Notes: generated by a model not told the origin, from the sequence alone. A DNA stretch of 64,000 bases from a virus (IMGVR_UViG_3300020037_001957:1-64000); one strand, 5' to 3'. Positions 39,617 to 49,530 are shown, counted from the first letter of the stretch. Program-made: numbers and translations.

Positions 39617-41014
39617 CTAAAAGGTTTCAAGTTTACGCAGTTTTTCAATTTCTTTTCTTATCGGCTCGTTATATTGATTCCAAATTACATTAAGCCAAGC
39701 CCACTCCCTATAACTTTTAGGAACATCTTTCACTGCTAATCCTTTCCATACCCCGAATGTCATTACAACGGGTTTATCCTGCTTGTTAGCCTCAGTTTCC
39801 TTTGTGAACTTTCCAATTTCGTGAACGGGTACTCCTGAGAGTAATATATCATTAGCGCCAAATAGCTTCCATGTTCCCTTATTGTCCTGCTCGTAATGAA
39901 ACTCCTCCACCTTGCCAAACCTCTGTACCATCCCGCTAAAATCCACAACTAGTCCATCCTTCTTATTCGGGTGAATCCTTGTTATCCTTCCAATAATCTG
40001 ATAATATAACGTCAGCGACGAACTCACCCTGCCTAAAATAATGCAATCCAGCTCCGGGTGGTCAAATCCAACGGTTAATACACCGAAATTAAACACTGTT
40101 CTTATTTTGCCTTCCTTAAACTTCCTTATCACATAATCTCTCTCGTCAGCGGGCATATCTCCATACACAACCGCAGAATTTGGAACTTCCAATGCCAATT
40201 TCTTAGCCGCCGCTACACTTGGTACAAATACCAAAATACTCTTTCTGTCCGTAAGCTCACTTATTTTAAACTTAATCCTGTCATTCGTGTTATTAAACTC
40301 ATACATCTTATTTATAGATGCCTCAGTGTATTCTGCCTTCGTCGAATTATAAACTAAGCCGCTAGAATTAATCTCATACAATTCGTATTCCAACTTACTC
40401 CAATACCCTAGCTTCGTCATCTCCTGAATCTGAGTTACGTGGATAATCTCTTTAAAGAAGTTACCCTTCCCTGACCTCGACGTTAACATCACTAGCTTTG
40501 AGTAGGTGTTACGATAAACGTCCAAATTAGTTTGTAGTTTCAGAGGCGTGGCTGTTAATCCTAAAACATGGGTGATTCCTGAGTCTGCTAAGAACTTTCC
40601 TAGCATCGAACTTGACTCCCTTGGAAACCTGTCCACTTCATCCACTAATAGATATTTAAAGCCTTTAGCTTTGAAAATATGCCCGATGTTCTTTATGCTG
40701 CCAATCGTTGCAAATGTAACAGTTCCTATCTTTCTGCTGTCAAAACTAGCCGAATAGACGCTTCCTTTACCGCCAAACGCGCGAAACTTATCCAAATTTT
40801 GCTGTAAGAGTTCTTTTGAGGGCTGAAGGACTAGCACATTTCCTTCCACTCCTTCGGCAATCTTCGCTACATACAAGCTTTTACCTGCCGCTGTTGGAGC
40901 TATTATAATACTAGGGACAGTCTTCTCTTTCTTGAAGAAAGCTATTCCCTTTTCAATAGGTTCAACTTGGTAAGGTCTTAATGTTGGCGGTTGCTTAATG
41001 TTCAAATTTATCAT
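39617..41014 (-). CDS. SF2 DEAD/DEAH-box helicase (RadD/UvsW-like)
   Basis: APTAAGKS Walker A, VDEVD, LTATP, motif V VLTVGFD, motif VI QIIGRITR. Confidence 0.92.
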   Translation of the reverse strand: MINLNIKQPPTLRPYQVEPIEKGIAFFKKEKTVPSIIIAPTAAGKSLYVAKIAEGVEGNVLVLQPSKELLQQNLDKFRAFGGKGSVYSASFDSRKIGTVTFATIGSIKNIGHIFKAKGFKYLLVDEVDRFPRESSSMLGKFLADSGITHVLGLTATPLKLQTNLDVYRNTYSKLVMLTSRSGKGNFFKEIIHVTQIQEMTKLGYWSKLEYELYEINSSGLVYNSTKAEYTEASINKMYEFNNTNDRIKFKISELTDRKSILVFVPSVAAAKKLALEVPNSAVVYGDMPADERDYVIRKFKEGKIRTVFNFGVLTVGFDHPELDCIILGRVSSSLTLYYQIIGRITRIHPNKKDGLVVDFSGMVQRFGKVEEFHYEQDNKGTWKLFGANDILLSGVPVHEIGKFTKETEANKQDKPVVMTFGVWKGLAVKDVPKSYREWAWLNVIWNQYNEPIRKEIEKLRKLETF

Positions 41015-41016
41015 AT

Positions 41017-41214
41017 TTAAAGTTTATCCTTATAATTAACACCTCTTATCACCTCACTTATCCGCAGATAGCTAACTCCGTATTTCTCCGCTATATCCCT
41101 CACCCGAAACTTATACTTCCACATCGTGCGTATCATGTCTAGCTCCTCTTGGCTAAATCTCTTTCTACCTCTATTTTTAGTCATAACATCGGCGGTTGAA
41201 TACCCTAATTCCAT
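41017..41214 (-). CDS. Small HTH protein
   Basis: FRVRDIAEKYGVSYLRISEVIRG. Confidence 0.7.
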   Translation of the reverse strand: MELGYSTADVMTKNRGRKRFSQEELDMIRTMWKYKFRVRDIAEKYGVSYLRISEVIRGVNYKDKL

Positions 41215-41224
41215 TTGTCTATGT

Positions 41225-41545
41225 TTATTTATTGGTTAGTCTATAATATTCTTCTTGCAACTCTTTAATTTGCTTAGGAATGTTGTTTATTCTGTTTTGA
41301 CACATCCATTCCCATCTAGTCACCTTAACGCCTTGTATAAAGTATTCGGCATCAGATGTTGGTTCACCTCTAAACATTTCTGTTTTAGCTTCGGTGTCTT
41401 TAGAGTGTTTGTTGTCTATAACCTCCCTCCCCTGTGCTTCGAGGCTTTGTATTGCGAGTGTGAGGGCTTCTAACCAGTCACCCCCAGCTATACCTTTACC
41501 TGTTTGATATTTTTTAATTATCTCAATCGCTTCTTCTTTAGTCAT
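41225..41545 (-). CDS. Hypothetical protein
   Basis: 106 aa; MTKEEAIEII N-terminus common in small phage genes. Confidence 0.55.
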   Translation of the reverse strand: MTKEEAIEIIKKYQTGKGIAGGDWLEALTLAIQSLEAQGREVIDNKHSKDTEAKTEMFRGEPTSDAEYFIQGVKVTRWEWMCQNRINNIPKQIKELQEEYYRLTNK

Positions 41546-41562
41546 TTTGTTTATTTTTAAGG

Positions 41563-41811
41563 TTAGTGTTTATTAGTTACATCTTCACATTCAACATCTT
41601 CATAATCTGATTTATGAAAGTAGAATTTACCTCCATAACATTTACCGTTAATTAAAATACAAGTATCATTATGAGTAAATCCTGTGCAAAAGCCTTTATT
41701 TATACCGTCACTTCCGATAACCATATCTCCTATTTTATAGTCTATTTCACCTATTTGTTGCCCGTTTATTGTAGTATGATAACTCATATTATTTACATTC
41801 GATTCAAACAA
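41563..41811 (-). CDS. Hypothetical protein
   Basis: 82 aa ORF. Confidence 0.5.
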   Translation of the reverse strand: MFESNVNNMSYHTTINGQQIGEIDYKIGDMVIGSDGINKGFCTGFTHNDTCILINGKCYGGKFYFHKSDYEDVECEDVTNKH

Positions 41812-42053
41812 TTAAGGACTTCTATTAACTCACTTTGTAATCTCGCTGTTATATGACAGTGTCTTGCGTCTTTAGCAGCTAGTTCTTGTAATATATTGGA
41901 ACATAAATCTATTTCTCGCTCAACGGCTATCTTAGCGCATTGGATGGCCATCTTAGTATCTTCAATCCATCCAACATGTTCACTAAAATACATTGTTGGT
42001 TTAGTGTATTTCTCTACCAACTCCTCCGCTTTTATTTCCTGTGGTGTTTTCAT
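41793..42053 (-). CDS. Hypothetical protein
   Basis: MKTPQEIKAEELVEKY..AIQCAKIAV pattern of small Bacteroidota phage genes. Confidence 0.6.
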   Translation of the reverse strand: MKTPQEIKAEELVEKYTKPTMYFSEHVGWIEDTKMAIQCAKIAVEREIDLCSNILQELAAKDARHCHITARLQSELIEVLNCLNRM

Positions 42054-42056
42054 GTG

Positions 42057-42272
42057 TTAATTGTATGAAGTGGATCCGTCAAATAATCTATATTTCGGGT
42101 CAAGAACATAAGGAGCTATAAACACTCTATCTAATTCTTTATATTGTTCCCTGTATTCAGTAAGAGCTTTTCTTAAATAAGTGGTTAATTCCTTCTTTTT
42201 CCTTCTAGGCATTTTACCAACATATTTCATATTTTGTCTTATCTGTTCCTTTATGAAATTATTAATCGTCAT
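42057..42272 (-). CDS. Hypothetical protein
   Basis: 71 aa ORF. Confidence 0.5.
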   Translation of the reverse strand: MTINNFIKEQIRQNMKYVGKMPRRKKKELTTYLRKALTEYREQYKELDRVFIAPYVLDPKYRLFDGSTSYN

Positions 42273-42278
42273 CGTTTC

Positions 42279-42677
42279 TTACATTTTAATTGTTAGTTCT
42301 TCTCCTGTTAAAGCGTAGTATAGGTTTTGAAGTTGGTGGACGTACTTAATATGTTCTATGTATACTGAATTTAATCCAGTATCAATACAAACGTGTTTAG
42401 TAAATAAATCTACAAATATTTTATTACAATCGTATTTAAAATTAATTTCATAAGTGTCTGAATAAAATTGATATTTTAAACCAAGTCTTTTTAACCACTC
42501 TTCTGTTAGGGGGATTCCCGAAACATCACCTTTTTCTAAAATATGTTCAGTTTCTTTCCCAAATAAACCAATAACGTGATGAGAGCTTATATATTCCACC
42601 CTAACCACCTCTTCTTTATCAAATAGTACTAAATTCCCGATTCTTAATTCCGTTGCTTCCATATCGTTATTTATCAA
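42279..42677 (-). CDS. Conserved phage hypothetical protein
   Basis: ELRIGNLV..GIPLTEEWL..YVHQLQNLYYALTGEEL motif. Confidence 0.7.
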   Translation of the reverse strand: MINNDMEATELRIGNLVLFDKEEVVRVEYISSHHVIGLFGKETEHILEKGDVSGIPLTEEWLKRLGLKYQFYSDTYEINFKYDCNKIFVDLFTKHVCIDTGLNSVYIEHIKYVHQLQNLYYALTGEELTIKM

Positions 42678-43254
42678 GTCTATCTAGTATTTTTTGGAAT
42701 AGTTCGAGGTTGGCAGGGAGTAACTTTTCTATACCCACAACATCAAACATTTTACCACCAATAACACACCATCCGTTCTCAAACACCACCTCATTCTCAC
42801 CTACCATTATTTTCTCCTCTTCTATTAGAGTGGCTAGGGTGAGGGTTGGCTTATCAAATAACACGCCGTTAGTTTGTGAAACTATTGAACCATCTCCATG
42901 AAAAAGTAAAGGCTCTTTATAAAATTGCGTTGTTCCTGTATATGGACTCCTAAACCTACTCTTACCACTAACAAACCCCTTACTTCTAAAATAGTTAGTA
43001 AAGGCGGTTAGTACTTCTTGGTCGGTGGCTAGAGTCCATAACGAAATATCATCCATCATAAAGTCAGTTCTACATTTTCCGTTATTATAAATACCAAAAT
43101 TATTTAATCTTTGCATGTATAAACAAATTTGAGATAGCGGGTTATTTTTATTCTTATACCACTTCCCCACCTCAAACTTCTCCTCAGCCGGCGGTTTAAA
43201 ATTAGTAATCGCTTCTATAAGCACTTCCTTTAATTGTTCTATTTCGTTTTTCAT
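42667..43254 (-). CDS. Hypothetical protein
   Basis: 195 aa; first gene of the leftward arm. Confidence 0.6.
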   Translation of the reverse strand: MKNEIEQLKEVLIEAITNFKPPAEEKFEVGKWYKNKNNPLSQICLYMQRLNNFGIYNNGKCRTDFMMDDISLWTLATDQEVLTAFTNYFRSKGFVSGKSRFRSPYTGTTQFYKEPLLFHGDGSIVSQTNGVLFDKPTLTLATLIEEEKIMVGENEVVFENGWCVIGGKMFDVVGIEKLLPANLELFQKILDRLDK

Positions 43255-44122
43255 ATTCCCTTATTTTTTCTATTTATACTCACACATCCACTCAAAGGTT
43301 ACAAAAATGTATCAAATTGTGAAACAAAATTATAAAATTTTTTTATACCAAATTTTTATACCTCGCACATACACGTAAACGGGATTATGTACAGGCTATT
43401 TCGTTTTCGGTTTTGGGTTGCGGGGTGGGGGCTATTGTTTTGCTGGCCGAATTATCAAAATGGTTTTAGGAATTGATTTTTATGGTTTTGGGTTGATGTG
43501 TTTGGCCGCTGAATGGTTAGAATGAATGTAAGGAGTGTATCACAAATTTGTAAGGAAATGAGAATGCGCTATAATATCACAAGTTTGTAAGAGATATATG
43601 TGTATAATATTGAATAATGACCCCTTGATTCTATTGGGCTGCAATGCCCATTGAAACGCCCTAGAATTAACCCCTGTTAAAACTCGCCACCGATGAGTAT
43701 CCCGTAAATAGGGCTTTTTAGGTTTTTTGAGTTAATCATCTGAAAGCCCCTATTTTGGCATGGTATTAGTTTTATCCGACAACAAACGACTACAAATACA
43801 TAAAGGAATTGAGAAGGTGAGAAGGTGTAATAAATTGCATAATCCCGCCAACATAAATGAAAGGTGTGTTAATGGTGGTTGAATAGGTTATTATTAGGTA
43901 GTCTGGAATGCTTGTTATCATTGGGATGTATGTTATTGATAATGAGTGTGTTTTATGAGTGGTAAGTGGTTTTTAGTGTTATTTGTAAGTGATTGATATT
44001 GAGTTAGTTTAATTTGTTAAATATGTTGTTTTGGGTATATTTACTTGATGAGTGGTAGTAGGATAGGCTTATACTGTGTGTATCTTCGTATAGGGCAAAG
44101 ATATATTAAAAAGCCTTATAAA
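43255..44122. other. Divergent non-coding control region; candidate genome terminus or origin
   Basis: About 870 bp without a credible ORF; strongly G/T-rich on plus (GGGTTGCGGGGTGGGGG near 43425-43441); transcription direction switches here. Confidence 0.5.
43540..43590. promoter_or_regulatory. Paired operator-like sites 4
   Basis: TCACAAATTTGTAA 43540-43553 and TCACAAGTTTGTAA 43577-43590 (37 bp period); the pair overlaps TTGTAA-N16-TATAAT. Confidence 0.75.
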
Positions 44123-44398
44123 ATGAGAGTAGATATAATAAATAAAGACATTGAAAAGTTAGAAAAGGCTTTGAAGTTAATTGAAAAGACTGAGTGTTAT
44201 GGCTTATATAACAAGTCTGTTTTAATATTTGAAGTGTGTGAAAGTATAGGTGTATTAAAGGACAAAGTTTATAGAATAGAAGAATTTAAGAATAGTTCAC
44301 CTTCTGAGTCTAAATGTAATAGTCTTAATATGGCATTGGTTAAACTTGATAACTTTAAAGCAGGTGATTCAGCCGCCGAGAGTAAAAGCACAAAATAG
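44123..44398 (+). CDS. Early hypothetical protein (ATG 44123 preferred over TTG 44045)
   Basis: A-rich leader before the ATG; MRVDIINKDIEKLEK... Confidence 0.55.
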   Translation: MRVDIINKDIEKLEKALKLIEKTECYGLYNKSVLIFEVCESIGVLKDKVYRIEEFKNSSPSESKCNSLNMALVKLDNFKAGDSAAESKSTK

Positions 44399-44433
44399 CA
44401 AAAGTATATAACTAACCTTTAAAAACTAAGAAA

Positions 44434-44673
44434 ATGAACACAGCCGCCGGAACCATAAAACAAATAATAGCTTATAAGATAGTAAGATATAACTATAATG
44501 TTAAAAACGATTCAGGTACCCTAATTTGTGCTTTTAATGACAAGGAAAGTGCAGAAGCTTATAAGCTTACTTTATTAGATAAAACTAAATTTGAAGTACA
44601 GGCATATATTTATGCAGTGGAACCAGTGTACCAATACTTTGATTTTATGGCATTCTTAGGAATAAACAAATAA
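44434..44673 (+). CDS. Early hypothetical protein
   Basis: Leader AACCTTTAAAAACTAAGAAA-ATG. Confidence 0.6.
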   Translation: MNTAAGTIKQIIAYKIVRYNYNVKNDSGTLICAFNDKESAEAYKLTLLDKTKFEVQAYIYAVEPVYQYFDFMAFLGINK

Positions 44674-44684
44674 AACTTAAAAAC

Positions 44685-44921
44685 ATGAAAAACACAGTAG
44701 TAAAACAAGTAGTAGACTTTTTTAGGTCTAGCGAAACAAAGCACCTTTATAGAAGTGTAGTAGATAAATGGATAACCCTATTCTTAGAAAAGGAAAAACA
44801 ACAAATTATTGACGCTTATAACAGCGGGCAATATATGGGAGCCATAAAAGAAAGATTAGATTATGATGAAAGAGAATATAAATACAAAAACGCAGAAGAA
44901 TATTTTAGCCAATTAACATAA
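44685..44921 (+). CDS. Early hypothetical protein
   Basis: EKEKQQIIDAY..AEEYF motif common in Bacteroidota phage early genes. Confidence 0.65.
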   Translation: MKNTVVKQVVDFFRSSETKHLYRSVVDKWITLFLEKEKQQIIDAYNSGQYMGAIKERLDYDEREYKYKNAEEYFSQLT

Positions 44922-44946
44922 TATTAACCTTTAAAATATAGATAAA

Positions 44947-45081
44947 ATGGAAAAAAGAGAGCTAATAGGTAAAATCATGATTTTATACGCAGTAATGGGA
45001 CAAACTGTTAAATATGAAGCTTTAGATTATATGGACTATAATAGCCTTGTATTAATCTATGATATGCTAACTATTGAATAA
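44947..45081 (+). CDS. Small early protein (44 aa, not in the ORF track)
   Basis: Hand translation MEKRELIGKIMILYAVMG...; conserved A-rich leader. Confidence 0.5.
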   Translation: MEKRELIGKIMILYAVMGQTVKYEALDYMDYNSLVLIYDMLTIE

Positions 45082-45104
45082 TAACACTTAAAACACTAAA
45101 TAAA

Positions 45105-45434
45105 ATGAACATTAATATAGAGTTTACCGAACAAAGGGCCGTTTATCCTAATCCATATTACAGCCCGCTAATATGTAAAATAGATAAAGAACTGCCTAAA
45201 ATATTAAACGGCGGATATAATAACTATTCATTTAGCGAGCAGATTGATTTTAACATAGTAGTTATGGAGCCTTGCAGTTATGAAGGGAAAGAACTAAGAA
45301 GAGTTAAAAATTGGGTGTATTCTTATGAGTTTATTGAGGTTCACTCACCAAGCGGTAAAATAACAGGCTTACAATACTATAAAACCGCTGATATTGAAAC
45401 GGGAAAAACATGTACTTTCTTTATTGCTCCTTAA
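45105..45434 (+). CDS. Early hypothetical protein
   Basis: 109 aa with an A-rich leader. Confidence 0.6.
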   Translation: MNINIEFTEQRAVYPNPYYSPLICKIDKELPKILNGGYNNYSFSEQIDFNIVVMEPCSYEGKELRRVKNWVYSYEFIEVHSPSGKITGLQYYKTADIETGKTCTFFIAP

Positions 45435-45500
45435 AATTGTGACAATACAATATAATTAACTTAATAACCAACCGCCGAAAGGCATTAAAACTTAAACAAT

Positions 45501-45878
45501 ATGAAAACAACAATCGACAACAATAGCCGCATATTTATGTTAACAGGCGATATGGGTAAAACGCTAATTTGTAACATTGAAGACTTAGAAGCCTGTTTTA
45601 ATGATTTTGCAGATAAAGACGGGTTAAAGATTCAACACAAATGGAACGCCCGTTTTACTCACTGTTCTAAAAAATCAATTATTGACATGCTTAAAAGCCT
45701 AAATTTAGATCATGGATTTATTAGCAATGAATATAAATTTAAGTTTACAGGTCGCAAAAATGGCGCAATAGGCAAAACATATGTTATTAAACATACCGTA
45801 AAGGCTAAAAGCTATGAAACAGCGATTAAAACACTTTATAAATCATTTGAGCATATTACTAACCTAACACAATACTAA
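45501..45878 (+). CDS. Early hypothetical protein
   Basis: 125 aa with an A-rich leader. Confidence 0.6.
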   Translation: MKTTIDNNSRIFMLTGDMGKTLICNIEDLEACFNDFADKDGLKIQHKWNARFTHCSKKSIIDMLKSLNLDHGFISNEYKFKFTGRKNGAIGKTYVIKHTVKAKSYETAIKTLYKSFEHITNLTQY

Positions 45879-45882
45879 AAAC

Positions 45883-46794
45883 ATGGATTTATTTAACCAA
45901 TTAGCGGATATTACACGCCCAGAACCACAAAACAACCATTTAGAAGACTTTAAACAAAGTGCTATTTATGCGCACCAGTGGACAAGTTTTAGCCCTGAAA
46001 GAAGAGGAGAACAGTTAATTAAAGATTATAATGAGCAATTAGCGAAGGATATAACAGAACTAACAGCCGCCGGAATTGAACTTGAAATTATTGAAGGATA
46101 TAAAACAAGGTACATAAATTTGTTTAGATCGTGGTTATCTGCAAAAAGCCGTTGCGCTTCTACTATGATAACAGGCCCTGCAAATTTTAATGTACGCAAG
46201 AATGAGAAAGCAAACAGAAGCGAGGAGAATCACTATAAACTTTGGCAAGAGTGGAGAATTAGAGCAAAAAAGGCAATAATTAGAAAACAAGCGCCTGTTA
46301 AAACTTTTGAAAGTGAATTAGACAGATATAAAAATGAGCTTGAAAGCCTTAAAAAAAGCCATGAATTAATGAAGGAAGGTAATAAAAGGATAAAAACGGC
46401 AGCGAAAACTGGCGAAGATTTAACAAAGTATTTAACCGACACTTTTAATATTCAGCCTCACATGATTGAATGGACTATTAAATTTGGCTTTGGACTACCT
46501 AATAATTTAGCCAATATTAAAAGAATTGAAGAAAGAATTTTAATACTATCTAAGAAGCAAGAAAGAGCCGAAACGATAGGAAGCAAAACGATTGATTTTG
46601 AAGGGTTCAAAGTGATATTAAACCATGAAGCCGACAGAATACAAATACAGCACGATGTTAAACCCGATTTTAACACAATAACAGCGTTAAAAAAACACGG
46701 CTTCAGATGGTCGCCAAGTTTTAAAGCATGGCAAAGACAGTTAAATCGTAACGGTATAGATGCAGCCGAAAGAGTTTTAAATGTAAAATTATAA
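45883..46794 (+). CDS. Early protein resembling polyvalent-protein / DUF3560-associated domains of phages and conjugative elements
   Basis: SRCASTMITGPANF and DRIQI..KPD..LKKHGFRWSPSFKAWQRQL motifs. Confidence 0.55.
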   Translation: MDLFNQLADITRPEPQNNHLEDFKQSAIYAHQWTSFSPERRGEQLIKDYNEQLAKDITELTAAGIELEIIEGYKTRYINLFRSWLSAKSRCASTMITGPANFNVRKNEKANRSEENHYKLWQEWRIRAKKAIIRKQAPVKTFESELDRYKNELESLKKSHELMKEGNKRIKTAAKTGEDLTKYLTDTFNIQPHMIEWTIKFGFGLPNNLANIKRIEERILILSKKQERAETIGSKTIDFEGFKVILNHEADRIQIQHDVKPDFNTITALKKHGFRWSPSFKAWQRQLNRNGIDAAERVLNVKL

Positions 46795-46822
46795 TACTAA
46801 CCTATTTTAAAACCTTAAAAGC

Positions 46823-47002
46823 ATGAATTTAACAGCTAAAATGAACAACCGCCGAGACTTTTACGCCACTTGTAGCCAAGATGAAGTAAAAGAAACACAG
46901 AAAGCACTATATAAACACGTTAATATGTTTGGAGAAAAGACTTTAATATATTGGAAAGAAACGGGTAAAATAAGCGTAAGACAAGGACACAAAACAATTT
47001 AA
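46823..47002 (+). CDS. Small early protein (59 aa, not in the ORF track)
   Basis: Hand translation MNLTAKMNNRRDFYATCS...; leader AAACCTTAAAAGC. Confidence 0.5.
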   Translation: MNLTAKMNNRRDFYATCSQDEVKETQKALYKHVNMFGEKTLIYWKETGKISVRQGHKTI

Positions 47003-47013
47003 AACTTAATACA

Positions 47014-47301
47014 ATGGAAAAAGACACATTTAAAACTAAAGTTCTATTCTTAATGGAGAAACAAGGTGAAGAACAGGACGAGTCAGCCGCCGACTCCCTA
47101 GCTTATTTTCCCGAAATACTACACAATGAAAAAATAAGTAAGGATAGATTCACTTGTTATTCACACGTCGGACAACATTCAAGCTGCCATTCTGATTATG
47201 TGACAAGATGGTGTAAAGAAGCTACAAAAGAGCAAGCCGCCGACCTTATGGCAGAATTAGAGAGCATTGGTTATAACCTTGAAATATTAAACAAATGGTA
47301 A
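47014..47301 (+). CDS. Early hypothetical protein
   Basis: LAYFPE..FTCYSHVGQHS..EL..IGYNL motif. Confidence 0.65.
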   Translation: MEKDTFKTKVLFLMEKQGEEQDESAADSLAYFPEILHNEKISKDRFTCYSHVGQHSSCHSDYVTRWCKEATKEQAADLMAELESIGYNLEILNKW

Positions 47302-47415
47302 CACTTATGGCGCTTCCTGCCTTTAAAGGGACAAAAATACAGACAATTAAGGCACTATTATTAACCGCCGGAATTGATACACTATTCTTATTACTAACTA
47401 TTAATATTTAAAACC

Positions 47416-47640
47416 ATGAGAACAATAACAGCAAAATTTAACAGCAAGTGCGCAGCCACAGGACAAACAATCAAAAAAGGTGAGTTAATTAGTTATGACC
47501 CTGAATTAAAAAAGGCTTATAAGCTAGGAAACGAGCCGCAAGAAACTCCCGAACAGGCAGAAGCCAGAAGCGTTAAAGACTATATTAATGCTCAGGAGAA
47601 TGAATATTTTGATAACTTTTGCCGTAATAATGGAATATAA
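47416..47640 (+). CDS. Early hypothetical protein
   Basis: MRTITAKFNSKCAATGQTIKKGELI motif seen in small phage proteins. Confidence 0.65.
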   Translation: MRTITAKFNSKCAATGQTIKKGELISYDPELKKAYKLGNEPQETPEQAEARSVKDYINAQENEYFDNFCRNNGI

Positions 47641-47662
47641 ACCACTTTAAAACCTTAATCCA

Positions 47663-47905
47663 ATGGTAAGCAAGAAACTAATTAAGTCTTATGACTTCGA
47701 TACAATAGAGGACTATTTTAACTATATAGTTGAAAGTAAGATAAACGGACAAAATAAACAAGCTAAAGAGCTTTATAACAGCCTCAGCCGCCGCCAAAAA
47801 TTTGCTTTTATTCAATTTGCAGACGGAGTATATTTTTATGATGCTGCCGACAATGACAACGAAGAATTTAGCCGCTCTATTCTAATGGAATATCTAAATA
47901 GTTAA
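47663..47905 (+). CDS. Early hypothetical protein
   Basis: YFNYIVESKINGQNKQAKELY motif. Confidence 0.65.
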   Translation: MVSKKLIKSYDFDTIEDYFNYIVESKINGQNKQAKELYNSLSRRQKFAFIQFADGVYFYDAADNDNEEFSRSILMEYLNS

Positions 47906-47910
47906 TTCCC

Positions 47911-47961
47911 TTACAAACTTGTGATAAAATAAATAAAGTATTAATCCTTACAAAACTGTGA
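47911..47961. promoter_or_regulatory. Paired operator-like sites 5
   Basis: TTACAAACTTGTGA 47911-47924 and TTACAAAACTGTGA 47948-47961 (37 bp period); ends 4 bp before ATG 47966. Confidence 0.75.
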
Positions 47962-47965
47962 TAAA

Positions 47966-48154
47966 ATGAAAAAATACACTTGGTTAAACATAAGTAACGG
48001 GGAATTTTCAAACTCATGGATAGATGAAAGCTTGTTAAAGGTATTCACTGAGGAGGAAATAAAAGAAGCTGCCCGTGATGGATGGAAATTAATAGAGTTT
48101 AAATGCCTTAATGATGATAAGTTTGAATTTACAAACCACATGAAACTAAAATAA
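47966..48154 (+). CDS. Early hypothetical protein
   Basis: 62 aa directly after operator pair 5. Confidence 0.6.
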   Translation: MKKYTWLNISNGEFSNSWIDESLLKVFTEEEIKEAARDGWKLIEFKCLNDDKFEFTNHMKLK

Positions 48155-48471
48155 TAACCCCCTAAAATAATAACCACATGGAAAAGCTAAAAACATTAAA
48201 CCGCAGCGACCTAAAAGAGGAATACTACTACATATTTGGTACAACTTGCGACGGCGCACTAAATGAAACAATTATAGCCGCCCTCTATTTTGGAAAGCGC
48301 GTGCAATACGTAACCCAAGAAGAATTAAGCCACGTTCAAGAATGTTAATGGAACTTAAACAGCTTATTGACCGTATAAGATACAGACTAAGCAAACAGCA
48401 CAAGAAACAACAGGAAATAGACAAATTATTTGCCACAAAGAAACAATATTAACCATTTAAAAATAAAAACT

Positions 48472-48657
48472 ATGAGCAACATGAGTTACTGCCGATTCGA
48501 GAATACTTTTATCGACCTTCAGGACTGTTATGGATCACTAAGCGAAACTCCGCTTGATGAATTGTCAAAAACAGAAAAAAAATACGCCAAAAGATTAATA
48601 GAAATGTGTAAAAATATTGCGGATGATTATTTAGAAGAATCAGACGAAGAAGAATAA
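48472..48657 (+). CDS. Early hypothetical protein (start ATG 48472 preferred)
   Basis: MSNMSYCRFENTFIDLQDC motif widespread in phage early regions. Confidence 0.7.
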   Translation: MSNMSYCRFENTFIDLQDCYGSLSETPLDELSKTEKKYAKRLIEMCKNIADDYLEESDEEE

Positions 48658-48710
48658 ACAATATTAAGGACAAAGCCGATTTTATAAACCAACTTAAAAC
48701 CAACCACAAA

Positions 48711-49004
48711 ATGACAAATCCTAGAATCGTAAAAGTGTTACGCGAAGCCGTAGCAGAAAACAGACAAGACCTTTACAACCAAAAAGGCACGCTCATTATT
48801 GATATTATCAGAGCTAAAAAGATGCTTTGGGGATTCGGTAACAAAAAGGACAACGCCGAATTTTTAACCGAACAAGGACGTATTGACCTCGTTTACCGCC
48901 TCACTGATATGGATATTGAAGAACTTGAAGCCCTTAACAGCCGATTAGAGAATCAAATTAATGGATTAATGGCAGCTATGCGCGCCGCTAAACAAATGGC
49001 ATAA
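48711..49004 (+). CDS. Early hypothetical protein
   Basis: Leader AAAACCAACCACAAA-ATG. Confidence 0.6.
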   Translation: MTNPRIVKVLREAVAENRQDLYNQKGTLIIDIIRAKKMLWGFGNKKDNAEFLTEQGRIDLVYRLTDMDIEELEALNSRLENQINGLMAAMRAAKQMA

Positions 49005-49186
49005 TGAGGACAAAAGCTAAAAAACATCAATTAATATGGTTCGTCCATAGAATAGGGCAGTATGTTATTAGAAATGGAGTGGCTGATATGTTCAACCCTC
49101 CGATTCAAATAGCCTCCCTAATGCACGCTAAGGCACTATGGATAACACAAAAAGAAAAAGGATATAATTATTCAGAAACAATTTAA
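49004..49186 (+). CDS. Early hypothetical protein
   Basis: TAATG-coupled 60 aa ORF. Confidence 0.55.
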   Translation: MRTKAKKHQLIWFVHRIGQYVIRNGVADMFNPPIQIASLMHAKALWITQKEKGYNYSETI

Positions 49187-49197
49187 AACCAACCACA

Positions 49198-49530
49198 ATG
49201 CAAAAAGTAGAAACTAAAAAGGAAATTTACATAGTTCGTGACGAAATCACTGACATGGGAGATATAGCCACCTATGACTATAAACAGGCAAAAGCATATG
49301 CTAAAGCATTAGTTAAAAACTACCGCTACGGTGTATTAAGAACGGGACGAGTGTACTACAAAACGCCTGCTGAATCTCGAAGTAAAATTGAAACGTTCTT
49401 AGCTAACCAATATCTTGAACTGAAGTCTGAAAAGATAAAGTTGTCCAATAAAGATAAATACTCATATTGGGGAAGAAAAGCGGAAGTTGAAGCCTATCCT
49501 ATTGTTAAATTTAAACCAACCACAAAATGA
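49198..49530 (+). CDS. Early hypothetical protein
   Basis: Leader AAAACCAACCACA-ATG. Confidence 0.6.
   Translation: MQKVETKKEIYIVRDEITDMGDIATYDYKQAKAYAKALVKNYRYGVLRTGRVYYKTPAESRSKIETFLANQYLELKSEKIKLSNKDKYSYWGRKAEVEAYPIVKFKPTTK

Noticed and set aside
41826-41860. GTCATATAAC-AGCG on minus as another attC-like left end
   Set aside because: It lies inside a coding region, and no matching GTTATATGAC start or pairing arm was found.
43299-43323. TTACAAAAATGTAT and TATCAAATTGTGA as a seventh operator pair
   Set aside because: Both half-sites are degenerate and the spacing is not 37 bp.
44045-44122. TTG-started N-terminal extension of the first early ORF
   Set aside because: It runs through the skewed non-coding DNA. 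ATG 44123 has the typical A-rich leader.
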